DNA of 64,000 nucleotides. Origin: an uncultured Acidobacteriota bacterium (GTDB lineage Bacteria > Actinomycetota > Acidimicrobiia > Spongiisociales > ZC4RG35). Location of the stretch: NCBI GenBank assembly GCA_963780755.1, contig CAWACX010000001.1, positions 467,514-531,513 of the forward strand, written 5' to 3'. A model generated the notes under the pieces. It did not search any database, was not told where the DNA came from, and worked only from the letters and a program-made list of their open reading frames with translations. Shown here piece by piece: positions 44,845 to 54,837 of the stretch. Positions within the stretch are counted from its first letter, which is position 1; every line of letters begins with the position of its first letter. The translations under genes were made by a program, and so were the position numbers.

Positions 44845-45599
44845 CCATTGACCCGAGACTTCAGGAGCGGCGCCAGGCGGTCGCCGAAGACAAGGCCCGG
44901 CACAAGTTCGGCCGGCTGCTCAAGGTATGGGTCGTCCTCGCGGTGCTCGGAATCGCCGTGTGGGTGCTGCTCTCGCCGTGGCTCGACGTCGATCGGGTGG
45001 ACACCGCGGGCATCGTCTCCAGCGGCGCCCACGGTGTGCTCGCCGATTCCAGAGTGGTGGCCGGGGCGCCGATGGTGATGATCCGCTCCGGCGAGGTGGA
45101 GGCCGCTTTAGAGGCTGACCCCTATGTCGCCGACGCCACGGTCGAGCTCCACTGGCCCGACCGGGTGGTGGTCAACATCGAGGAGCGGTCGGCGGTGGCC
45201 TGGGTCGAGACCGGGTCCGGATGGAGCCATCGCGCCGCAGACGCGGTGGCCCTCCCCTCTCCGGAGCAGCCCGACGACACCAAGGCCTGGATCCGCCTGC
45301 CCTCGCTGGCGGATTCCGATGCCGGCTCGTCGCGAGAGCTCCGCGGTGCCCTGGAATTCGTGGCCGCCCTCCCCGAGGCACTCCGGGTCGAGACCACGGT
45401 CCGGATCCGGCCCAACGGTGAGTTGTGGGCCGAGATCCCCGATTTCGACGTGAGGCTGGGCAGGGCCGTGGAGATGGAGGCCAAGGCGCTCAGTCTCGCC
45501 GCTCTCCTCGCAGAGAAGCCGCCCCGGGGGTCCCTGCTCACCTTGATCGCCCCGGAGCACCCGGCAGTCCTCCCGCCGCAGAGCAGGGACGACGGGTAG
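44841..45599 (+). CDS. ftsQ: Cell division protein FtsQ/DivIB (POTRA)
   Basis: A basic N-terminus, a TM segment (VWVVLAVLGIAVWVLL) and a POTRA-like segment (VDRVDTAGIVSSG...VELHWPDRVVVNIEER). Confidence 0.85.
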   Translation: MTIDPRLQERRQAVAEDKARHKFGRLLKVWVVLAVLGIAVWVLLSPWLDVDRVDTAGIVSSGAHGVLADSRVVAGAPMVMIRSGEVEAALEADPYVADATVELHWPDRVVVNIEERSAVAWVETGSGWSHRAADAVALPSPEQPDDTKAWIRLPSLADSDAGSSRELRGALEFVAALPEALRVETTVRIRPNGELWAEIPDFDVRLGRAVEMEAKALSLAALLAEKPPRGSLLTLIAPEHPAVLPPQSRDDG

Positions 45600-45708
45600 G
45601 GAGGTGAACCTTGAACGTCTACTTGAGCCTTAACAGTTTGGGGTTTACTTACCCGGCGGCCAACGGTAAACCTCTAGTTCAGCTTTCGATTCGTCTCTGG
45701 AGGTATCC

Positions 45709-46758
45709 GTGAATTCATCGAGTGGTGGCTATCTGGCCGTGATCAAAGTGGTGGGGATCGGTGGCGGCGGGGTCAACGCCGTGAACCGAATGGTCGAGGC
45801 CGGAGTCCGGGGCGTGGAGTTCATCGCCCTCAACACCGACGCCCAGGCCCTTCTGATGAGTGACGCCGACGTCAAGTTGGACATCGGGCGCGAGGTGACC
45901 CGTGGACTGGGCGCCGGGGCCAATCCCGAGATCGGCCGTGCGGCCGCCGAGGAGCACCGCGCCGAGCTCGAAGACGCACTCAAGGGCTCGGACATGGTCT
46001 TCATCACCGCTGGAGAAGGCGGGGGGACCGGGACCGGCGGGGCCCCGATAGTGGCTGAGGTCGCCCGATCGGTGGGTGCCCTCACCGTGGGTGTGGTCAC
46101 TCGGCCCTTCGGGTTCGAAGGGCGGCGACGGGCGGTCCACGCCGAGCAGGGAATCGATGCCCTGAAGGACGCCGTCGACACTCTGATCGTGATCCCCAAT
46201 GACCGTCTCCTCGACGTCGGCGACCCCGCCGCTCCGATCGCCGAGACCTTCCGCCTCGCCGACGACGTCTTGATGAGCGGTGTGACCGGGATCACCGACC
46301 TGATCACAACTCCCGGGTTGATCAACGTGGACTTCGCCGACGTGCGCACGATCATGGCCGACGCCGGGTCGGCGGTGATGGGGATCGGGCGGGCCACAGG
46401 AGAGAACCGTGCCAAGCAAGCAGCCGAGCGTGCAATCTCGAGCCCGATGTTGGAAACCTCGATGGAGGGGGCCAAAGGCGTCCTGCTCTCGGTGGCCGGC
46501 CCCTCGGAGATGACGCTGCACGAGGCGACCGAGGCGGCCCGGGTGGTGGCAGACCACTCCCACGAGGAGGCGGACATCATCTTCGGTGCCATCGTCGACG
46601 ATGACCTCGATCAGGAGATGAAAGTGACCGTCATCGCCGCTGGCTTCGAGGCAAAGCGGGGTGGACGGTCGTCCTCGACACAGAGCCGGCCACGGAGCGC
46701 TCCGCTGACAGACCTCAGCGAGGACACCCTCGACATTCCCAGCTTCGTCCAGGGATGA
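45709..46758 (+). CDS. ftsZ: Cell division GTPase FtsZ
   Basis: [17 protein letters not shown] and the tubulin signature [10 protein letters not shown]. An SD (GGAGG) precedes the GTG start. Confidence 0.95.
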   Translation: MNSSSGGYLAVIKVVGIGGGGVNAVNRMVEAGVRGVEFIALNTDAQALLMSDADVKLDIGREVTRGLGAGANPEIGRAAAEEHRAELEDALKGSDMVFITAGEGGGTGTGGAPIVAEVARSVGALTVGVVTRPFGFEGRRRAVHAEQGIDALKDAVDTLIVIPNDRLLDVGDPAAPIAETFRLADDVLMSGVTGITDLITTPGLINVDFADVRTIMADAGSAVMGIGRATGENRAKQAAERAISSPMLETSMEGAKGVLLSVAGPSEMTLHEATEAARVVADHSHEEADIIFGAIVDDDLDQEMKVTVIAAGFEAKRGGRSSSTQSRPRSAPLTDLSEDTLDIPSFVQG

Positions 46759-47378
46759 TCCGGCCCCCCGGCTGGGACGGGGTGGCGTTCACAGATGCCG
46801 GGGACGGAGACCAGCGGCTTGATGCAGCGGCACGAGAGCAGGTCTCGGGCGTACTCGGCATCCCATCGGACTGGGCTTGGGTGCGCCAGGAGCACGGCGT
46901 CGAGGTCCGAGTGGTCGATTCACCTGGTGATCACGGAGTGGCCGATTCGCTGTGGACGACTGTTCGCGGCCTCCCCCTCGCGGTGTTCACCGCTGACTGC
47001 TTCGGCGTCGTGGTCCAGGCACCGGGAGCGGTGGGAGTGGCTCACGCCGGTTGGCGTGGAGTGAGCTCCGGCGTGGTCCCTGCCCTTATGGCTGCGATGG
47101 GCGAAGCCGGGCACGAGCCGACGGGAGCGGCGATCGGGCCCGGGATCGGCGCCTGTTGCTTCGAGGTGGGGGCTGAGGTCACCGGAGGCTTCGAGGGCCA
47201 TGGCGCGGTCACCACATGGGGGTCGGCTTCGGTGGACCTGCAGGGCGCGATCCGTGAACAGGTGGAGGGGCTCGAGGTCGTCGAGTCGGGAGGGTGCACC
47301 CGTCACGAGAATGGGTGGTTCAGCCATCGGAGGGACGGAACCACCTCCCGTCTGGCAACGCTGGGATGGCTTCCGTGA
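46755..47378 (+). CDS. pgeF: YfiH/PgeF laccase-domain (DUF152) protein
   Basis: Segments [17 protein letters not shown] and IGACCFEVG. Its start overlaps the ftsZ stop as ATGA. Confidence 0.85.
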   Translation: MIRPPGWDGVAFTDAGDGDQRLDAAAREQVSGVLGIPSDWAWVRQEHGVEVRVVDSPGDHGVADSLWTTVRGLPLAVFTADCFGVVVQAPGAVGVAHAGWRGVSSGVVPALMAAMGEAGHEPTGAAIGPGIGACCFEVGAEVTGGFEGHGAVTTWGSASVDLQGAIREQVEGLEVVESGGCTRHENGWFSHRRDGTTSRLATLGWLP

Positions 47379-48028
47379 GTTACGAGGAAGTGCGCTCCAG
47401 GATGGAAGCGGCCGCCGCCCGGGCCGGGCGGGATCCCGCGTCGATCACCCTCGTGGCCGTGTCCAAATCGAAGCCGGCATCGGCAGTGATGGAGATCTAC
47501 GAGTTGGGGCACCGTGACTTCGGGGAGAACCGGGCTCAGGAGATGGCAGAGAAGGCGGCGGCCCTGCCCTTCGACATCCGATGGCACTTCGTCGGCGCTC
47601 TCCAGGCCAACAAGGCGCGACTGGTCAGGCCCCGCACCCACCTCCTGCACTCGATGGACCGTGAATCGCTCGCATCGGCCTGGGCCAAGGGGAGCGGACT
47701 CCCCCCTCCGGCCCTGATCCAGGTGAACACGGGGTCGGAGCCCCAGAAGTCCGGAGTCGAGCCCGACGACGTCGACCGGCTCGCCTCGGCTCTCGGTGGC
47801 CTGGGGGTCGAGGTGCTCGGCCTGATGGCAATACCGCCTCTGAGTGACGACCCGGAGCAGATGCGACCCCACTTTGCGGGGCTCCGCCAGATCCGGGATC
47901 GAGTCGCGCTCGCTCATCCCTCGATCACCGAGCTCTCGATGGGGATGACAGACGACTATGAGGTTGCCATCGAGGAAGGTGCCTCGTTGATAAGGGTGGG
48001 ACGGGCTATCTTTGGCTCCCGAACATGA
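47366..48028 (+). CDS. yggS: YggS/YlmE-family PLP homeostasis protein
   Basis: From the ATG at 47366. It contains LVAVSKSKP (the PLP lysine), FGENRAQE and ELSMGMTDDYEVAIEEGASLIRVGRAIFG. Confidence 0.85.
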   Translation: MASVSYEEVRSRMEAAAARAGRDPASITLVAVSKSKPASAVMEIYELGHRDFGENRAQEMAEKAAALPFDIRWHFVGALQANKARLVRPRTHLLHSMDRESLASAWAKGSGLPPPALIQVNTGSEPQKSGVEPDDVDRLASALGGLGVEVLGLMAIPPLSDDPEQMRPHFAGLRQIRDRVALAHPSITELSMGMTDDYEVAIEEGASLIRVGRAIFGSRT

Positions 48029-48042
48029 CGTGGAGTGGGTGA

Positions 48043-48567
48043 ATGTCCCTCTTTTCCAAAGCACTGATCTATCTCGGGTTGGTCGATGAAGACCAAATCG
48101 ACGAGGAGGCCGCCGATCGCCCACAGCAGATGACAGGGGACGACAACATCCGGCGGGTCCAGGTCGAGGCGATCCCGCAGAGCCGTCGTGTCGAGCCGCC
48201 GCCCACCGCCCGTGCCGCCACCCGACCGCAGTCGCGGGTCGACCCCTCCGATACCATCGGAGTGGTGAGATCGATCGAGGCCCAATCGGACATTCTGGTG
48301 GTCGAGGAATTCGGAGACGCCCGCATCCTGGCCGACCGCGTCCGGGACCGGATCCCGGTGGTCCTCGACATGCGAAGGGCCGATCCCGATCTGGTGCGGC
48401 GCGTCGTGGATTTCTCGTCCGGGCTCATCTATGCGCTCGACGGCTCGATGCGGAAGGTCGGTGACGGACTGGTGCTCGTGCTCCCACCCCGGGTGACTTT
48501 GAGCCGCGACGAGAAGCGCCGGCTGACCACTTTGGGGGCATACGAGATCGACGATCTCGACGACTGA
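48043..48567 (+). CDS. sepF: Cell division protein SepF
   Basis: The N-terminal MSLFSKALIYLGLVDED forms an amphipathic helix. The C-terminal domain contains FGDARILADRVRDRIPVVLDM...FSSGLIYALDGSMRKV. Confidence 0.85.
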   Translation: MSLFSKALIYLGLVDEDQIDEEAADRPQQMTGDDNIRRVQVEAIPQSRRVEPPPTARAATRPQSRVDPSDTIGVVRSIEAQSDILVVEEFGDARILADRVRDRIPVVLDMRRADPDLVRRVVDFSSGLIYALDGSMRKVGDGLVLVLPPRVTLSRDEKRRLTTLGAYEIDDLDD

Positions 48568-48570
48568 TCT

Positions 48571-48840
48571 GTGGGCATCGTCGAAATCATCATCTTCGCC
48601 TTGCAGATCTATTTCTATGCCGTGCTGGCCTGGGTGATCCTCTCCTGGATCCCCACATCCTCGACGCACCCATTGGGCAGGGTGTCGGTGTTCCTCGACC
48701 GGATCATCTACCCGGTGATCCTCCCACTGCGCCGGGTGATCCCACCGCTGCGGCTCGGCGGGGGCATGCTCGATCTCACCCCAATTGTCCTTCTCATTGG
48801 CATCAACATCCTCATCAGGGTCCTGCGCGGGCTCGGCTGA
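48571..48840 (+). CDS. yggT: YggT/YlmG-family membrane protein
   Basis: 89 aa with two TM segments. It contains YFYAVLAWVILSWIP...PVILPLRRVIPPLR...DLTPIVLLI. Confidence 0.8.
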   Translation: MGIVEIIIFALQIYFYAVLAWVILSWIPTSSTHPLGRVSVFLDRIIYPVILPLRRVIPPLRLGGGMLDLTPIVLLIGINILIRVLRGLG

Positions 48841-48899
48841 TCCTTGGAGGCGGCAGCCCGGTTTCGTAATCTCACCGACAATTCGAGAGGTCAGGAAAA

Positions 48900-49808
48900 A
48901 TGCCCATCACACCGTCAGACATCGAGCACAAGACGTTCTCCACGGCTCTTCGTGGGTATGACCTCGATGAGGTCGACGACTTTCTCGACGAGATAGTCGT
49001 CGCGCTCCGCGATCTGCACGACGAATTGGCGACAGCGAAGGCCCGTGTCGCCGAGTTGGAGGCTCAGGGCCCGAGCCCGGATCAGGTCCCGGACGTGAAG
49101 CCGGAACAAGACCAGGTCGAGGCTCCGGTCGTTGCAACCGCGGCTGCGGCCGATCCCGCAGCAGTGGGGAGAGTGCTGATTCTGGCCCAGGAAGCCGCCG
49201 ACCGCCTCACCGAGGAAGCGAAAGTCGAGGCCGACCGCGCACTCGAAGAAGCACGTGCCGAAGCGGAGAAGACCTTGAGCGAGGCTCGGACCGAGGCCGA
49301 GTCCTTCCAGGTCGAGCGCGATCAGCGCCGTGCCGACGCTGAGACCGAGATGGCGGAGTTGAGCGGCTTGGTGGCCGGAGTTCGCACCAAGCTGGCAGTG
49401 CTCGCGACCACCGTGGCCGACAAGCTGGACGAGATGGACTCGGCGATAACCGAGGGTGCTCCCGCAACCGATGAGCCCGAGGATCTCGCCGATGACGACG
49501 AGATCGAAGCCGAGGACTCAGAAGCGGTTGACGGGGAGGACGACGAAGACGAGGCCGCGGTCGAGCTCGACGCCGGTGAGGAGGTCGAAGCCGCCGTAGG
49601 CGACGACGACGCCGAGGCCGAAGAGGACGACGAGGACCAGGGGGAGGACTCGGTCATCACCGACCTCGGTGCGGACGATGAAGAAGAGGGAGAAGAGGCC
49701 GGCGACGCTGTCGATGACGACGAAGACGCTCCCGAAGCCGAGGATGGTGCCGAGGACGGGACAGAGGACGACGACGACGAGGCGGAAGGCGAAGACGAGG
49801 TCAGTTGA
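48900..49808 (+). CDS. divIVA: DivIVA/Wag31 with a C-terminal poly-acidic tail of about 112 aa
   Basis: The N-terminus is MPITPSDIEHKTFSTALRGYDLDEVDDFLDEIV, followed by coiled coils. Residues 191-302 are almost entirely D, E, A and G. Confidence 0.85.
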   Translation: MPITPSDIEHKTFSTALRGYDLDEVDDFLDEIVVALRDLHDELATAKARVAELEAQGPSPDQVPDVKPEQDQVEAPVVATAAAADPAAVGRVLILAQEAADRLTEEAKVEADRALEEARAEAEKTLSEARTEAESFQVERDQRRADAETEMAELSGLVAGVRTKLAVLATTVADKLDEMDSAITEGAPATDEPEDLADDDEIEAEDSEAVDGEDDEDEAAVELDAGEEVEAAVGDDDAEAEEDDEDQGEDSVITDLGADDEEEGEEAGDAVDDDEDAPEAEDGAEDGTEDDDDEAEGEDEVS

Positions 49809-52800
49809 CCGGCTCGATTGCGAGCCGAATCCGGAGTCCGTCGATTTCCATCACCTGGCCCTGATCCTCACCCGCACTCGAGATCGATGTGGCCAGGGTC
49901 TCGGCGGCGATCGTCTCCCGGTGTGATTCCATCGCGGTCATCACCTCGAGGTCGGTGCTGTCCCAGAAGAGGCTGATCCGGTCGCTCACGTCAAGACCCG
50001 CCTCCCGGCGCATCCGCTGCACCCGACTCACGATCTCCCTCGCCATTCCCTCGGTCGCCAGGTCATCGGTGATCGTGGTGTCCAGGGCACATGCGAAGTC
50101 AGGCCCGGTCTCGACGACCACGCCGTCCTGCGCGGTGCGCTCGATGAACACGTCGTCCTGAGTCACCGTGCGCCCGGCCACCTCGACTTCCCCACCGTCG
50201 AGGATCGCTTCGATCTCGGCCGGACCCAACCCGGCGATGGCGGTTGCTACCTCTTGCATCCGGGAGCCGAGCTCAGGTCCCAGCCTTCTGAAGTTGGCCT
50301 TGGCCGAGAGGTGGACCAGGCCTTCCTCGTTCCCGGTAGCCGTGACCTTCTTGACGTTGAGCTCTTCGGCAACGATCTCGGCGTGGCTCGTAACCGATGA
50401 GGCCACCACGGGATCATGGGTGAGGATGGTCAGCTGGGCGAGGGGCTGGCGGACCCGGTGCCCCTCCTTCTTGCGGAGGTTGCGCCCGAGCCGGACCACC
50501 TCACGGACCACCTCCATCGAGCGCTCCAGGTCCTCGTCGATCAACGAGTCGTTGGCCTCGGGAAAGTCGCGGTGGTGGACGCTTCGCACCGCCTTTGGAT
50601 CGTGGCGGGCCACGAGGTCCTGGTACAGGTGCTCCGAGATGAAGGGCAGCACCGGGGCCAGCACCTCGATGAAGGTCGTCAGGACCTCATAGAGCGTGGC
50701 GAATGCCGCCAGCTTGTCGCTATCGCTCTCGCCGGACTCGCCCCGTGCCCTCCAGAAGCGGCGCCTCGATCTCCGCACGTACCAGTTGGTGAGATGGTCG
50801 ATGAATCCGAGGATCGGAGGCACCACGTCGTAGAGGAAGTAGCCCTCCATCTGGGTGTTGACTTCGTCGACCAGGCTTTGCAACACGGAGAGGATCCAGC
50901 GGTCCATCTCCGGGCGGTCCTCCGGGGCCGGGGCCCGCCGCAGGTCGCCCATCGTGAGCCGGTCGGCCTCTGCGTAGGTGGTGAAGAAGCTGTACGTGTT
51001 CCACAGCGGGAGGAGCACCGATCGCACCACCTCGGCGACGCCTTCCTTGCTGAAGCGGAGCGGCTCAGCCCTCAGCACCGGGGAGTTGATGAGAAATGCG
51101 CGCACGGCATCCGCCCCGAGTTGATCGAAGATCTCGGACGGATCCGGGTAGTTCTTCAGGCTCTTTGACATCTTGCGCCCGTCCTCGGCGAGGATCAGGC
51201 CGTTGACCACGCAGTTCTCGAATGCCGGCCGGTCGAAGAGGGCCGTTGAGAGCACCATCAGGGTGTAGAACCAGCCCCTGGTCTGGTCCAGGCCCTCGGC
51301 GATGAACTTCGCCGGGAAGGTCGCCTCGAAGCGCTGGGTGTTCTCGAAGGGGTAGTGGACCATTCCGTAGGGCATCGACCCCGACTCGAACCAGCAGTCG
51401 AGTACCTCAGGGATGCGGGTCATCGTGCCCTCGCAGTTGCTGCACCCCCAGGTGATGGGATCGATCACGTGCTTGTGCAGGTCGGTCGGACGCTCCCCGG
51501 AGAAAGACTTCAACTCGTCCAACGAGCCGATCGCGACCTGTTCCTCGCAGTTGTCACATTCCCAGACCGGGATGCACGACCCCCAGTAGCGGTTACGGCT
51601 GATCGCCCAGTCCCGCGCATTGGCCAGCCAGTTCCCGAACCTCCGACTCCCGACGTAGTCGGGCACCCAATGCACCGTGTCGTTGAGCTCGACCATCCGG
51701 TCCCGGAATCGCTCTACCGCTACGAACCAGGTCGGGATGGCCTTGTAGATGAGCGGGGTACCGGTCCGATAGCAGTAGGGATAGGAGTGGGTGATCCGCC
51801 CCGACTCGACCAGCTTGCCGCTGGCGGTGAGGAGTTCGATCAGCGTGGCGTCGGCAACCTTGACGTTCTGCCCGGCGACCTCGGGCACCTCATCGGTGAA
51901 GGAGCCGCCCGCGTCCACCGGGTCGACGAGGGCCTCGATGCCAGCAGCCTGGAGGGCGATGAAGTCGGCCTCCCCATATGCGGGGGCCATGTGGACCAGC
52001 CCGGTCCCCTCGTCGACGGAGACCTCCTCGGAGAAGATGACCCGAAACGCGCCCCGGTCCCGATGCTCGGCGAAGTAGTCGAAGGGTGGCAGGTAGCCGA
52101 CACCGGCGAGCTCTGCGCCCCGGGCCTTGGCGATTTCCTCGAATCCTTCACCGAAGACGGATTCGGCCCTGGACTCTGCGACCCAGTAGTGGCCGCCGTC
52201 GTGCCGCACTCTGATGTAGTCGAGCCCTACGCCAACCGCAACCGCCAGGTTCCCGGGGAGCGTCCAAGGCGTCGTGGTCCAGATCAGCAGGTAGTCCCCG
52301 GCCTCGACCGGTCCCTTGCCGTCCAGCACCTCGAGGCGCACGGTGATCGACGGGTCTTCCACGTCCCGGTAGTCGAGGTTTGCCTCGAAATTGGAGAGGG
52401 GGGTCGTGGCCCCCCACGAGTAGGGGAGCACTTTGAAGTCGCGGTAGACGAGGCCCTTGTCCCAGAGCTGTTTGAAGACCCACCACACCGTCTCCATGAA
52501 GTCGGGGTCCATGGTCTTGTAGTCGTTCTCGAAATCGACCCATCGCCCGATCCGCTCGGTGAGCGTCTCCCAAGCCTCGGTGTTCGCCTGGACGCCGAGC
52601 CGACAGGCTTCGTTGAATCGATCGATCCCGAACTCCGCGATCTGGCGAGGCCCTGAGATCCCGAGTTGCTTTTCGACCTCCATCTCGATGGGCAGCCCGT
52701 GGGTGTCCCACCCGAATCGGCGCTCGACTCGGTATCCGCGCATGGTCCAGTACCGGGGGACCATGTCCTTGATGACCCCGGCCAGGAGGTTGCCGTAGTG

Positions 52801-52977
52801 CGGAGAGCCGGTAGGGAATGGCGGCCCGTCATAGAACACGTACTCGTTGTCGGCAGGGCGGCGGCGGACGGACTCGGCGAATGCGTCGGTCTCCCTCCAT
52901 AGGGCGAGGACCGACTCCTCCATTCGTGGAAGGTCGACGGCGGGCTCGACTCGCTTGAATCCGGTGTCGTTGCTCAC
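49801..52977 (-). CDS. ileS: Isoleucyl-tRNA synthetase (type 2, actinobacterial-like)
   Basis: The HIGH region is PPFPTGSPHYGNLL and the KMSKS motif is GRKMSKSLKN. I start at the GTG at 52977 (VSNDTGFKRVEPAVDLPRMEESVLALW). The track ORF extends to 53070. Confidence 0.9.
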   Translation of the reverse strand: MSNDTGFKRVEPAVDLPRMEESVLALWRETDAFAESVRRRPADNEYVFYDGPPFPTGSPHYGNLLAGVIKDMVPRYWTMRGYRVERRFGWDTHGLPIEMEVEKQLGISGPRQIAEFGIDRFNEACRLGVQANTEAWETLTERIGRWVDFENDYKTMDPDFMETVWWVFKQLWDKGLVYRDFKVLPYSWGATTPLSNFEANLDYRDVEDPSITVRLEVLDGKGPVEAGDYLLIWTTTPWTLPGNLAVAVGVGLDYIRVRHDGGHYWVAESRAESVFGEGFEEIAKARGAELAGVGYLPPFDYFAEHRDRGAFRVIFSEEVSVDEGTGLVHMAPAYGEADFIALQAAGIEALVDPVDAGGSFTDEVPEVAGQNVKVADATLIELLTASGKLVESGRITHSYPYCYRTGTPLIYKAIPTWFVAVERFRDRMVELNDTVHWVPDYVGSRRFGNWLANARDWAISRNRYWGSCIPVWECDNCEEQVAIGSLDELKSFSGERPTDLHKHVIDPITWGCSNCEGTMTRIPEVLDCWFESGSMPYGMVHYPFENTQRFEATFPAKFIAEGLDQTRGWFYTLMVLSTALFDRPAFENCVVNGLILAEDGRKMSKSLKNYPDPSEIFDQLGADAVRAFLINSPVLRAEPLRFSKEGVAEVVRSVLLPLWNTYSFFTTYAEADRLTMGDLRRAPAPEDRPEMDRWILSVLQSLVDEVNTQMEGYFLYDVVPPILGFIDHLTNWYVRRSRRRFWRARGESGESDSDKLAAFATLYEVLTTFIEVLAPVLPFISEHLYQDLVARHDPKAVRSVHHRDFPEANDSLIDEDLERSMEVVREVVRLGRNLRKKEGHRVRQPLAQLTILTHDPVVASSVTSHAEIVAEELNVKKVTATGNEEGLVHLSAKANFRRLGPELGSRMQEVATAIAGLGPAEIEAILDGGEVEVAGRTVTQDDVFIERTAQDGVVVETGPDFACALDTTITDDLATEGMAREIVSRVQRMRREAGLDVSDRISLFWDSTDLEVMTAMESHRETIAAETLATSISSAGEDQGQVMEIDGLRIRLAIEPVN

Positions 52978-53081
52978 AGCTGCGCTTTTTCGGGGGCCGG
53001 GGAGCGGGAATCGTAGGGATTCCCCATTGCAGTCACGAAGGACCCCGGAATTGATAAGGTTCCCGCCCATTTACGAGGTGA

Positions 53082-53456
53082 GTGGTGGCCAGAAGTCTCG
53101 CCAAATCGACGGTCGACCGATACAAGAAGCGTCTCGAGGAAGAGCGCGACCGGCTCCAAGGCTTGATCCGGGATTACGAACAGGAGCTCGAGGAGGCCAG
53201 GCTCACCGAGAGCTCCTCCGACCGGAGCCCCGATCCGGGCAACGCGGAGGCCGGGTCGATGAAGTTCGAGTACGAGAAGGAGCTCTCGATCGAACAGAAC
53301 ACCGTGGATCTCCTGAGCAAGGTGGAGCGTTCCCTCGAGAACATCGACAATGGGACCTACGGGATTTGTGAGAGCTGTGGGAAGTCGATACCGATGGCCA
53401 GGCTGGACGTCCTTCCCTATGTGACGCTCTGCGTCGACTGCGCCCGCAAGATTTGA
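53082..53456 (+). CDS. TraR/DksA-family C4 zinc-finger protein
   Basis: A coiled-coil N-terminus is followed by CESCGKSIPMARLDVLPYVTLCVDC. Confidence 0.85.
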   Translation: MVARSLAKSTVDRYKKRLEEERDRLQGLIRDYEQELEEARLTESSSDRSPDPGNAEAGSMKFEYEKELSIEQNTVDLLSKVERSLENIDNGTYGICESCGKSIPMARLDVLPYVTLCVDCARKI

Positions 53457-53908
53457 TCCGTCGCTACGCCCTCGCGGTGGGGATCGTGATCGTCGTGGTT
53501 GCCATGGACGCCCTCACCAAGCGCTGGGCCTCGATCGAGTTCGCAGACGGCCCTTTGGTGATCATCCCGGGGTTTCTCAGTTTCACCTTCGTCGAAAACC
53601 CGGGCGCCGCGTTCGGCTCGTTGCAGAACGCGGGGCCGATACTGGGCGTCATCGCCATCGTCGTCAGTTCGGCACTGATGTTCTCGCTGCGCCACCCACG
53701 ACCAACCCTGGAAGTCGTGGCCTTCGCTCTCGTCGTCGCCGGAGCCCTCGGGAACCTGATGGACCGGATCTTTCGCGGCCCCGGGTTGCTCGACGGCAAG
53801 GTGATCGACTGGATCAACCTGTGGTGGATCCCGACCTTCAACCTCGCTGACAGCTCGATCACGATCGCGGTCAGCCTGCTACTGATACAGGCGTGGCGGA
53901 CCCGCTGA
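53453..53908 (+). CDS. lspA: Lipoprotein signal peptidase II
   Basis: Segments ENPGAAFG, GALGNLMDR and FNLADSSI. Its TTG start overlaps the upstream stop. Confidence 0.9.
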   Translation: MIRRYALAVGIVIVVVAMDALTKRWASIEFADGPLVIIPGFLSFTFVENPGAAFGSLQNAGPILGVIAIVVSSALMFSLRHPRPTLEVVAFALVVAGALGNLMDRIFRGPGLLDGKVIDWINLWWIPTFNLADSSITIAVSLLLIQAWRTR

Positions 53909-54810
53909 CGCTCGACGTCCCGGAGAGCCTGAACGGGGCCCGGGTGGACAAGGCGATAGCCACTCTGCTCGGAGTGAGCCGGGCGACGGCGCGGGCCTTG
54001 CTCGACGAAGGCGTCACGATCGACGGACAGCCGGCGCGGCCCGGCGACCGGGTTGGACCCGGCTCCCGGATCCTGACTCCGGCTCCGACCCCCACACCTG
54101 ATATGCAGCCCGAGAAAGTGACCTTCCCGGTGCTGTTCGAGGACGATTTGGTGCTGGTGATCGACAAGCCCTCGGGGATCACAGTCCACCCCGGCTCAGG
54201 CCGACAGAGCGGGACGCTGGCCGCCGGGCTGCTGCATCGTTATCCCGAGTTGGAGGGCGTTGGCGATCCCGGTCGGTGGGGGTTGGTCCATCGTCTTGAC
54301 CGGGAGACCTCCGGGACGCTGATCGTGGCGCGGACATCCTTCTCCTACGCCAGGCTCGGTGCCGACATCGCCGCCCGCCATGTTGATCGGCACTACACCG
54401 CCCTGGCCCGGAACCGGTTCCCGGTGCCCACTGGCACCATCGACGCCCCGATCGGCCCCGACCCCTCCCTTCCGACACGACGCGCGGTGGTGGCGACCGG
54501 GAAGCCCGCGGTGACTCACTACGAGGTGGTCGAGGAGCTCGTCGATGGTGAGGTCTCACTGCTCGCCGTGCGCCTCGAGACGGGGAGGACGCATCAGATC
54601 AGGGTCCACCTCGCCGCCATCGATCACCCGATCCTTGGAGACCGAAGCTACTCGTCGACTCGATCCCGATTCGACGCCCCGAGAGTGATGCTTCATGCCA
54701 GATCGGTGGCTTTCGACCACCCGGAGAGCGGTGAGCGAGTGGTGGTCGAGGCGCCCCTGCCCGAGGACATGCGCACCGTTCGCGACGAGCTCAGGAGCGC
54801 GTCGAGCTAA
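53893..54810 (+). CDS. rluD: RluA/RluD-family 23S rRNA pseudouridine synthase
   Basis: An S4-like N-terminus, the catalytic segment HRLDRETSGTLIVAR, and GRTHQIRVHLA. Confidence 0.85.
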   Translation: MADPLTLDVPESLNGARVDKAIATLLGVSRATARALLDEGVTIDGQPARPGDRVGPGSRILTPAPTPTPDMQPEKVTFPVLFEDDLVLVIDKPSGITVHPGSGRQSGTLAAGLLHRYPELEGVGDPGRWGLVHRLDRETSGTLIVARTSFSYARLGADIAARHVDRHYTALARNRFPVPTGTIDAPIGPDPSLPTRRAVVATGKPAVTHYEVVEELVDGEVSLLAVRLETGRTHQIRVHLAAIDHPILGDRSYSSTRSRFDAPRVMLHARSVAFDHPESGERVVVEAPLPEDMRTVRDELRSASS

Positions 54811-54837
54811 CGACGTGAGACATCTACCGTTTCCGTC

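Noticed and set aside
45642-45672. A weak inverted repeat (GGTTTAC-N17-GTAAACC) and a possible TTGAGC/TACTTA promoter in the AT-richer ftsQ-ftsZ spacer.
   Set aside because: The stem is only 7 bp with a large loop, and the promoter hexamers match weakly. An ftsZ promoter region is plausible, but the sequence alone does not support a feature call.
52978-53081. Possible T-box or other leader element upstream of ileS. A 7-bp hairpin, GGGAAUC-CCUAC-GAUUCCC, lies at 53006-53024 on the minus strand.
   Set aside because: Actinobacterial ileS genes often have a T-box. I could not find the conserved T-box sequence (..GGUGGUACCGCG..) or a UGGN bulge in the roughly 100-nt leader or in the adjacent sequence. 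The hairpin alone is insufficient, so it is left as an unassigned stem-loop.
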